In this document: piece after piece, positions 1-11,383 of the stretch
How the letters are laid out: each line of letters starts with the position of its first letter
Numbering within the stretch: position 1 is the stretch's first letter
Assembly (NCBI GenBank): GCA_024704765.1
Contig: JAKMXF010000324.1
Span: forward strand, 62,001 to 126,000
Direction of reading: 5' to 3'
Length of the DNA: 64,000 nucleotides
From: Oopsacas minuta
Lineage: Eukaryota; Animalia; Porifera
The notes under the pieces: model-generated
What the model saw: only the letters and a program-made list of their open reading frames with translations
The model's database searches: none
Told to the model about the DNA's origin: nothing
Program-made: the position numbers and the translations under genes

Positions 1-912
1 CCTATTACCAACTGTATTAGCTAATGCTCCTTGCTGAATTCACCGCTACGTCAGAGGCTACAGGAATAAGAATCAATCAAACACAGTGAGAACTTGTCTC
101 TCATATTTGTAAACAATTAATCTATACTTATTGTTGTCCCCATTTCTCCCAGGTAGACTGAGGATTGGACAATTTTCAATCACCTGACCCTTGTTTGAGA
201 ATTGGGAATTTGGAGACAACAAAAACTAGTTTTTCGTGGAAATTTGTTTACCAGTTTGTATTCCAGTTGTTGACACTCACCATCCGTGAATATTTACAAT
301 TTACACTTTAGAAAGTTGTCCTTCGTGGTTACTATGGTAACCTAATCGGTATGCAGCCTTCAGAAGAATTTCATCCACTATAAATGAAAATTATCACACT
401 TACTCGATTGTTAATAATAAATTCAAAACAAACCGAACTGTGTTACCTTGTATACTATGAAAATATCGATTTGAAATCAACACAAACAAACAACAAACAT
501 TTTGAGTAAATTCTAATAGAATTACTACTATATCTAGCAGTTAGCATTAATATTGGATAATGTATGTACACAGTATGGTTGTATTAGAATTCCACATATA
601 ATATATACTACAAACTTGTGTGGAAGAAAAGTTGTATTTGGCTTTTTATATGAACATGGCGTTACACTATTATCCTGTCCTAGGGAAAAGCAAGACAATT
701 CGGCTTTTGGGAACGTTCCTGCGGGACTTAACGCCCGAAAATTCCCCAAAAAAACGAATTGAGTGTACCGTAATGTACATTTCATACATGTCTTCAATCC
801 TAATCATTTTTTATTAGCGCGTAGAATTTTACCTCCAAGGTGTGAAAATATGATCACAAAATACACATTTATCAACTTAATTTTACAAATTAATAATCCA
901 ACTTTCCTTCAG

Positions 913-1128
913 GTCGCCAAAGATGAACTTCTAAAATCAAAACTCCCAACTACAGTTCTCAGAAAAATTTGGTTTCTATCCGACATTGACAAAGATGGAA
1001 AACTCGACAGAGAAGAATTCATCCTTTGTATGCATTTAGTTAACCAGAAATTGAAAGGAAACGAACTGCCCGAGACTTTATCAGATAAGTTAGTCCCGCC
1101 TACTAAACGTGGGTACCAGCAAAATTAG
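913..1128 (+). CDS. EHD1: Last exon of an EH-domain protein (EHD1-4 type); upstream exons not located
   Basis: Acceptor ttccttcag at 912. Translation KLPTTVLRKIWFLSDIDKDGKLDREEF...LVPPTKR matches the C-terminal EH/EF-hand of EHD proteins. The 763 ORF start is intronic. Confidence 0.85.
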   Translation, partial: VAKDELLKSKLPTTVLRKIWFLSDIDKDGKLDREEFILCMHLVNQKLKGNELPETLSDKLVPPTKRGYQQN

Positions 1129-1375
1129 ATTATGGCGCTGATTTGAATTTGTATTGCGAATGTTATATATCTTGTTTACATTAATTAATTAAATGAAACA
1201 TATACTTATGGGTAACTTTATATTATTAGTAAACAACTTTTTTTGCAATTTTCAGGGCTCACCCATTAAGCTATTTCGACGATTGTTTAGCCTTGGCCGC
1301 GAGGTGATCCACGGACGACAGCAGGGGGTCCACACTGATTTATCTGTTCTTTACAAAATTAGAATTGTAGCCATA

Positions 1376-4300
1376 ATGGAATTCAAAACACCCAAAAGAA
1401 TAACAACAATTAACAACCAATCAAATACACAAACAGATGTACCTATATCTGACAACCAATCAAATTCAACTATTCTAAAGCTTAATTACACTGAACCATC
1501 ATGGACAGCTATTCCTGAAAATTCATATAAATTGACTGTAATTAAAGATGGTAAAGAAATACAAAGGTTAGCATTCCAGCTGCCTATTTGGTTGTTAGGG
1601 AAATATCAACAATGTACTTGTATGTATATTTCCCAAATATCTAGGTGTGTTTGCTTGGTTACAAACAGCGATTTAAGCTATGGATAATCAAGGAAAGACA
1701 TTCAATGTAATACAGTCAACTACCGTATATATCGATATCTTATATTGTACAAATATGGTCCCAAACCGTCAAAGTAACAAATATTCCATTGGTTATATCA
1801 AAGTAATTATCACGATCCCTCGAGCTTAGATATAACGGATTTACTAGTTGGCTGTACTACTTTTTTGCCCTGAAACCCTTCAAAGATTCCATAGCATATA
1901 TATATAAAAATAAACAACAATAAAACAAACAAATCAATCTGAAGCAGTACTACTGCTTATCGTATCAAAACAAAGACTCGTGATACTAGATATACTCGAG
2001 TTTGTTGGTGTATCAAGGAAATCGATTGGATCCAAATCAATCGACATACTGTTTAATAAATCCATTGAGCGTGTTAATTTTGGTCTCGATGGTTTCATCA
2101 GCTCGAAAAACTCATCATTACCATCTAGACATTCCTTTAGAGCTGGCAGAGGTGCAGACAGTCGTTTAAAAGTATTCTTTTCTATCTCATTTTCCCTTGG
2201 CAACACTGGGAAAATATCAAGTATACACCTGTACATTGATTCTTTTACCATTGTCAATGTTCTGCCTGTTCTTTTCACCATAGGTAAATTAGTGAATCCT
2301 TCACCTAGGGTAAAAAGCATTGTTGAAGGAGGATAGTTAATGTTTAATATCTGTAACGATCTCAAACTCGAACTATGTACATGATATGTTGTTATTAGTC
2401 TTGTCACCTTGTTTACGGTAGAAAACACATATACATACCCTGTACTTAAGCCCAGGAACAGCCACGGGTCGCAGGATTCGATCGACATTATATAATGCTT
2501 TTGTTTCTGCCTATCTCCTTGTACTTGTGATGTCAAATCGATCTCCATATTCGGTTCCATCTTGACCGTGTCCCATGTGTGTAGAATCATACCTCTTCTG
2601 TAGAAGAAATGAAGGCCATCGTTTGAGTGTGTGATCCTTAATCCCTGAATTTCTTTCATGTTTGCGTCCGTAATGAAATGCTTCATCTCCATTAAGTTGA
2701 TAGAGAATACATGTATATATCCTCTTGAAATAGAATACACCTTTCCTTTACTAAATATTATCGATTTTATTGCGTAGGAATTAGCCTCGATATGATATGT
2801 AATCGATAAATTGCCAGTTATGGTGTCCATCTCGAAAATAGTCACTCTCCCGTTTTCATCGCCCGCTAGAAGAACATCCCCGACAACTTCAATGCAAATT
2901 ACAACATTCTCCAATTCTTTAATGTGCAAAATATCAAGTGTACTTGACGAGACGACAATTATATTTTTCTCAATCGTAGTAAGAAATATGAAATTCCTAG
3001 CACACAATAGTGTAACTATGAACTGTGAAGGCAATGTGGTGGTTGTAATTCTGTCTAGCGTTAACGGATGCATTAGGTCAAGCTTTATGCCCTGTTGACC
3101 ATGAGCTATTACCAAATTCCTATCAAAATCCTGAGTGATATCTGCCAGATAAAAAACTTCAATTCTTTTGATTTCTTGCTGCGCTTGAACAATTTTTGTT
3201 AGAGGAACCTTGAGGTATTTCAAGGCCTCCTCGGCGAATGGTCTCCTCGAAGGCGATTTCTTCCAACAGCTTTCCATTAGCGCGGTCGCACTATACGCTA
3301 CCTCATTTACTTTCGGGCAATTCGGGCGAAAACCATAGCTAATCAGATCCTCGATTTTTTCCCTCTGGTATTCGAATGCTCTTAGCCCTGTGCATATTTC
3401 ATAGATCAGAAATCCGAACGAAAACATATCTGTTCTCTCCTCATACTCCATTGTGCCATCTTTTACTAGCATTTCCGGTGCTGGATATTCTCCTACATTT
3501 TGCCTCAAATATCCCACAAACATCGTCGTGGCTGCGTTTTCAAATTTTCCAAGCTTGACGTTGACCTCTGTATCATGACACAACGAACAAACTAGAACTG
3601 ATTCAGTGCGTATCCCGCGATGCATTATTTTCGATCTATGCAAGTACACTAATGCTTCACAAATTTGCGTTAAAATTCTTATTTTAAAATTATAATTAAG
3701 TTCCACTTTGCGAACAAATAATAAATTCTCCATATTCTCACTCGGACCAGATTCCAAAGCGCAGATCAAAGGTTTGGTCGAATAAGCGACAAGTTTATGT
3801 AAAAACGGAGTGTCGAATGTTCTAGATCTTTGATAGATCTCTATTTCTGCCCAAGCACTATACATTTCAATGCCAGAGTTTCGTTTACTGATTGTCCCTT
3901 CAGCGATCATTGGATATTTCTTAAAAAGCACTTCCATGTCTCTGAAAGTGCCACACTCAAATCCTAGAACGTCACAGTGCCTCTGCAAATTAAAGTTTAT
4001 GCTTTGTGTAGTATCATCTATTGAGAGATCTTCTGGGTAGAAAGCAGGCAATAGATCGGATATGTGAATCTTTTTGGAATGTTTGGGACAAGTAATGCTC
4101 ACGTCTTCTAGAATTTCTGGTAAAATCGCCTTCCAGCAGAAAGCGTGCGATGTATCGAGGTTATTCTGCACACATATTGGACAGTACACGGATATATCCG
4201 CGCCTAATATCAGCCGTGGATACCAATGCTTTATGAGTGAGTACAAATATGAATACATTAGTTTCAATACCAAGGAACCGCCATCTGTGTTAGGCACTGA

Positions 4301-7300
4301 AATCTCAATGCCATTACTGTCCAACACTTCATTTCGCTTTTTCACTATGCGTAAAATATAATTTTGCCTATTTTGGATTAAAATCCCCCATTTTGTGATT
4401 TTATAGCGCGTCAGTGCGATGTCTTCTTGGGTTGCTTCGCTCGTTAAGCATTCAAATTGTCCGACGATTGCTGGAAGGCAGTTTAAAATATGAGCTATTA
4501 ATCGAACCCAAAGGCTCCAGGGTTGATAATCGATAGCGAAAAATGAGTAATTGGAATTCGGAATATGCATGAGTTGCTCGGGAGCCAACACGCTAGGCAC
4601 AAACCAAGAATTTTGATCCAACGGCATTGCAATCGCGTTCTGTGCGAGGAAATAATATATCCCCGCTGGCGGTTGAGATTTCGAGTATCGAATCAAAAGC
4701 TCTTCAAGGCCTAATTGCGTGATAGTATAAGAGTTGAGGTATAAGGAACTATGTGTGGAGCGTCCTACCGTGTGTTCAATGAGACCCACTATCCAGTCTC
4801 GCTCTAGGAAAACAAGATCTTCACATCCATGGTTGTTTGAAGGGAAATATGATATGTAACCGGTATTTTCAAGGAATTCTATTATAGTGGATAATTCCTC
4901 TATGCCTAGCAAATCGGAGTTACCCAAAGACATTCGTATATTCTCCCAGAATTCAGATTTGCTAATTATCGGCCCGTTTTTTCCTATATTCTTTTCTCGC
5001 ATCTCCTTCACCAACTCTTGTATACCAATGAAACAGCCAGGCACTGTGTAGCTCTTCTTCACAACATGTGTATCCGAAAGTAGTTCATCTCTCAGATGGT
5101 CGGTATAGATAATTGGATTGTTTGTTGCTGGTTCCATTCTCAAAATGAAAATTTTTATTCCATCATCGAATTGAAGTTCTTCTATCAAACAAAGCACATC
5201 GACTTGAACATTTTGAGCTACGACAACTCCAATATGGATGGGAGATTTGGGATCGAAAATATTCATATATTGTACGATTTCCCGTATTATCTTCGAATCT
5301 ACATTGCCAATTTCCCAAACCAACAAATACACGCTTGGGTTTATGCCTAAGACTTCATGTACGTGTTGAAATCCGAATGTGACACCGAAATTTACGATAT
5401 TAATATTCGTCGAATCCTTGAATTGCTTTTCTAAATCTGTCTTCACAGCTTCAAATAATTCTATTTCATTGCAAGCATCCACTAAGACAATCTCTGAAAG
5501 TGAAATGGTAACTTCCGAATTGAGTCTTTGTTTGTAAAATGCCCAAATATCAGTTGCCATGGACAATGGAATGTTGATTAAAGACTCAGTCGCTTGTAAA
5601 TTCAACGCAACCTCGATTTTTCCCAAACTAGTTGGCAACCTCAATAAATACGGATTGTAGCTAAGATCCAATTTTCTAAGATATTTAATTGTCGAAACTG
5701 ATGGTGACAATTCTACTAATTGATTCCTACTCAAATTTAACTCTATAAGATAAGAGTTCTCAAGACAAGATGGAAAATGACGGAATTTGTTTCCTTGTAG
5801 ATATAAATATTTAATTTTCTTGCTCATAACCACGGCGGGTAATTCAGAAATCAAGTTATATGATAAATCGAGATGTAATAAATTCTTGAGTTGTAGGACA
5901 TCACTTGATATTAACCAAAGTCTGTTGTTAGAGACGCTCAATTTTGTTAAATTTGGTAGATCGCATATGGAATTGTCAAGGATTGTTAATCGATTGAAAT
6001 TCAAATTTATCTCCACGATTAAGTCTATATCGATTGGAAGAACTGCGAAAAAGGATTGAATTTCTGGCAAAAGACATCCGGAAAAATTCAAATTTCTTCC
6101 CTGATTGAGTAAAAAGTTCTTAGATTTGAGGAATATTTCGCAGGCCGATATGATATTTCCACTTTCAACTGCCAATAGAAAGAAAACACTCAGTTTGAAA
6201 TATTCATCGTCCAATAAAGGTTGCAAAAGTTTCATCTCACTTATGAAATTTTCATTTTTCCCGCTCGTTTTGTCTGGATTTCCTTCTAAAAATAAACTCG
6301 CTAGTTCTGTCTCACCTTCACAGATAGATTTACACAATCGAATGAATGATATACTAAAATTAGCTTCAATTGGAAGTGTTTTAAGAACATATTCGAAATT
6401 CCTTATTTTGTATTGAATGAGAATTTCCATAACTTTTATGTGTCCAGCGCGTGCAGATTCTAATAGCAAACTGTCAAGTTGAATATTTGTGAAAATCTCC
6501 ACATTCTTCTTATGACATTCCGGTAACTCAAGTAAGTTGTTAAGAAGCTCCAAACTCTAAATTCAAAAATTTTAAATCCAAATATATTTCTCTGTTGGTT
6601 TAAGAACTTACCTTTTTGAGAAGGGTAAGGTCTTGCTCTGAAACAGCTTTCCATAAATCTAATAATAAATAGAATAATATCCACAACCAAATATATTCAA
6701 ACCCTAAAATCTTCTTGACGTTTTGCATAATACCTCGTCGGAGGTCGTTCGGTATGAAACAGAGCTCATAGAAAGTTGAAACCGGTTCCAAACGATACAC
6801 AAGAATAATCAAAAATTAATAATATTGAAACACTTTTGAGATAAATGCCTGTTCAATCAGTTGGTTAAAACCTTTTCAATCATGCCACTTATCCGGTTAA
6901 CAGCTGTGATTATACAATAATGCAAACAATGAAGTTTTGTACCTGAATAGCATAGCTATTAAATATGGAATCGTGATGCCATTGAGTATTAAAATTAAGA
7001 ATACGGACTTAGAATGTAACACCGAATAACTCCCTAACTAGCAGAATCCGTGTGTTATATAATTTTACCTCTCAAAACCTTAGAAACACTGAATAAATTG
7101 GTGGAAATGACACTTTTCGGTTTACCGGCTAACCGTCTCCATCCCAATATCGATTCCTTTCAATAATAACATAATTATTTGTTTATGTAACTAACCGATA
7201 ATTACGTAAATAAGTTTGATCTCTTTGAATTCTCCTCTAATGCCTATCTCTAGGGGAGTTGCTTTATGTACGTCCTCAAGAGAAGAACAGACGCCATGCT

Positions 7301-10300
7301 GAATTAACGCAAACATTTCATCCAAGCGGCCTAGTTCTGCGGCCAAATGTAAAATCGTTCCACCATTCTCGTCTCTTAAAGGAGCAGAAAGTTCCTCTAA
7401 GGACACTTCATTTAAATTTAGCCTAAATAATTCTAGTTTTCCTTCTCGAAGCCATTTGACTAATGCCTGAACTCTCTCACCCATGCTTTACAGCTAAAAA
7501 TTACCAGAACTTGATTCAATTGCTATTTCAATGCAAAGAACCTATTTGAAATTTGATATGTTTCCTCAAATACTTGCTTTAACTGTAAGTATATCTGTAT
7601 ATGAATATTTGAATAACTACATTCCATTGTACATAATATACTTCACTTTCATCTTTTATATCCGGGTTGTTTATGTAATAGTGTTAGACATGAAAGCTCA
7701 TCTCGAAGACATTTTGAAGTATTGACAAAGAGGTGTGAGATCATGATTAATCATATGATAAACAAAGTTGACAACATTTGCATAATAATTGTCTTTAACC
7801 TCTATCATATCTTTTCAGTATAGATCTGTGCGGACGTAGCAAAACAGTGTTTGGTCGTAATGAGTGCTGTGACGTTCGTTTAGAGCATCCGTCTATATCT
7901 AGACAGCATGCTGTATTACAGTATAAACCTCATGAACAGGGTAAAGAGTTGGAGCAGGGCTTCTATTTATATGACTTAGGTAAGAATATATTGTATGTTG
8001 TTTACTTTTCAATCGAATTACATTTTTGGTAAGTGTTAAAATTGATCAGCGGTTCCCAACCTGGGGTACGGTCCCACTGGATCTATTATAGTCTATGAGA
8101 GAGGTCCACAGGATTTATAAGAAATTGTTACAAGGGGGAGTGTCCACGGGTATAAAGTTGTTGGCCAGATTAAAGGTGTAATTTAACACTATTTGATGGT
8201 TCTGTTTCAGGCCAAGTGGCCCGAATAACCGGTGGTTCTATCAAGCAAAATCTAGTGTATATTAATACATCTAATCACACACAATATTTCTATCAATATA
8301 TCACAGATATTCTGCTGGTGAATGTTCTAGTTCATTCATCATGGGTGGATAAATAAAATCAACATCAGGACTACAAATAACCTTTGAGAATTTTTCCTTG
8401 TGTTTTTCCATGTTTATTTCATTTAAGGCATTGAGAGACATGGAATGAGGTTCTTTCATTCGATTCATGAAATCAGCTAAAGAGTTCTTGTATGGAAGTG
8501 ATAAAAAACATTTCGGAAATAAGTCTACTATCGTCTTGAATTGCTTCTCATCTGCCTCTTGAAACTCGAAATTCATTAAATAATCTTGGATAATAAATAC
8601 GGTTGGAATTTGTCTCTTAAGTTGGTTCAAAAATCCTTTAATTACTTTATAGTAACTGTCAACAGCTTCTTGTTTATTTTTCCAGTAATTTCTTTGTATA
8701 ATTATAATGGTGATGAGTCAATAGGTTCTTTCTTGATTTTTGTGTTTAGATTGTCAACAAAATCTTCGATATTTTCTTCAATATCAATCCCCAGACTAAA
8801 ATATTCGTCACTTTTGTAAAGCCATTTTCGCCCTTGCACGAAAAACTTATTAATCTTGTCTTCAAAATATTGAATATCATTCCATTCGGATAATTTCTCA
8901 AAACTGAGCATACAAATCAAACCTCTTCCATATTCTCCATAAAAATTATAACCATTGTCAATATTATTTTTGAAATGAAAATTTCTTTTTTTGACCTGAA
9001 AATATGTATTCTCGTCAGTATTTGTATTTATAAACCGAGTTGTGAAATACTCTTTCATAGGGTCACTCAAAAATTGATCGTAAAAGTCCTCTAAACCGTT
9101 TTCAACGATATTTTGAAATTTGTGGATAAAAGCAACTGAGCAGTTTAAAACGACAGAGTTTCGAGGTGTTCTATTTTTGTAGTCACAATCATTGAATTTC
9201 ATATCTTGAAAAGTTGTAATTTTCGAAGGCAAAGTCAATAAGATAATATATGTCCGTTTTTTCATAAGAGTTTCGTCATTATCAATTACCCTGAATAGAC
9301 TTTTTAAACTATACACCTCGTGTCTAATATTGTCACCTATTGAACTGTCTATCGGTAGAATAAAGTTGCCAAGAATTGCGTCGCTGTTTTTCAAAGGTGC
9401 GAATCCACATATGATAATGAAAATATTTTCAGATTTTTTGCAATTTTGTGTGATTTGACGGAAATTCGTGTCAAAATCTTCGCTTGTAAAAGCCTGAGGC
9501 ATATCATGGATTTCTTCTCCAAAATATGCTCTCGTTTTTTCTCGGAAATTTTCGTAAAGGTCTTCAGGCCACGACATACAGCATAAAGGGTCTAAGTCGA
9601 ATTTCCCAAAAACGAAAGAACTCCTTGAATTCTTCAAAGCTATTCCTGCGTCTTTTTTAAATTCTACCATAGCCTCCGGTTTGCTATCAACTGGTTCATG
9701 TACTCCTCTACCCTCTGGTTCATATGGTGCGCTAGTGCTCGATTCTTGTGGCTTTTTGGCAGCAGATGGCACATATGGAACGAGAGGAGGTAGAGATAGT
9801 AATGGCGATTCAACACCCAAAATAGTCAAAATTTTCTCTCCAACTGCTCTGAAATTTGCTGGTGCGTCCAATTCGAATGAAAAACCCATGATCTTATCTG
9901 TTAAATATTTTGTATCTTTTTCACTTATTTGTGTGGTATTCATGAGTTTATTTAGAAGTTCGAAAGAAGTTTTTACATTAACTTCACATTGATTCATTAG
10001 TGTAGCGAGATAATTCTCATCTTTTTGTAAAATAATACCAACATGGAAGAGAGGGATCATTTCTTCTATTCCAATTTTTGATGCCATTATAAGAACAACT
10101 AAATAAACATACATTATTGATTATAGCAACACGATTATTATTGTCAAATACCCAGGGAAGTAGCCAGGGGGCAAGTAGACCATGGCTCAGATGTTTATCT
10201 AGGTGTTTGGTGAGGGCAGAAATCCCTGTCTAAACCCCCTGCCATGGCATTATCCCACCTCAAATTCTTCGTGACCCTTCAGACGATTCCACCCCTACTT

Positions 10301-11348
10301 ATCATTATGTACCTTCAAGCCAATTCGATATACATAGACTATTACCAATTTATTCCAGCTAGGGTTGGCTATTATTTAGTTTATGACATATTTGAAATAT
10401 AGGCCTAGTTACAAAGTGGTGTAGGATTACTTAATCTGTGTGGATTAGTTGGAGGCATTAAAGATTAGTATATTCCAAAATGGTCCATATGAACCTCCGA
10501 TATACAACAATACATCTATTGTACTCTGATATTCATATATCTCATTATAATGATGTATACAAGCGATGTCCAAAGCAGAATGTGCCTAAAACGGACAAGA
10601 AGTGTGCACAAACTGCACGCGCGAATGAGCTAACCTCACTTAGCTAAATATTTTCATTTCACTCACCTCTCATAACACTCATGCTATATAGTCAACTCCC
10701 ATTTATATCAAACACGGACATATCAAATTACCCGCTAACATTAAAGTTTTAAATTATACAAATATAATCCAAAACAGTCAAAGTAACACATTTTCCATCG
10801 CTTATACCTCAGTAATTCACGGTCCCTTAAGCTTAGATATAACTGGAGTTACTGTTTATAATATGAATTCTTTTTTCAAAGGCAGCACTCATGGATGTAA
10901 AATAAACAAAAACAGGATACCACAACGAACGTTCGTGCGTGTACGGACTGGGCATTTGATTAAATTTGGTGAAAGCACACGACTGTACATTCTTGAGTCT
11001 AATGATGGTTACCAAGCAGAAGTAGAATTGGAAGCTGATAGAGAAATTGAAGATTTTACCAAACAAAAATTAGAAAAAGAGCAGAATGAGGAATTCATTT
11101 CCTGGGGAATTGAACTTGATTCTGCAACCGGAAGTAAGTTGAGATAATTTGTAAGTAATGTTTCCATATTTGGAACTTTTAAAATATATATTTTGATAGC
11201 TAAAGAGCTAACAACAGATGGAGAAAAGGAAGAATTTTATAAGAAAGATCCTAAAAAGTATCTCAAAGATTTCTTTGAAAGAGAAGGATTAGAAATGCGA
11301 TTTGATTCTGATCAATTAGCTTGTAAGTTTGTTATTTTATTTGATTGT

Positions 11349-11383
<35 letters not shown>

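Noticed and set aside
1980-6416. Numerous plus-strand ORFs (e.g. 1980-2336, 2811-3098, 4074-4361, 6105-6416)
   Set aside because: Antisense shadows of the LRRK-like ORF with no recognisable motifs.
8690-8735. Programmed -1 ribosomal frameshift
   Set aside because: No XXXYYYZ slippery heptamer or downstream structure in the overlap; an indel is simpler.
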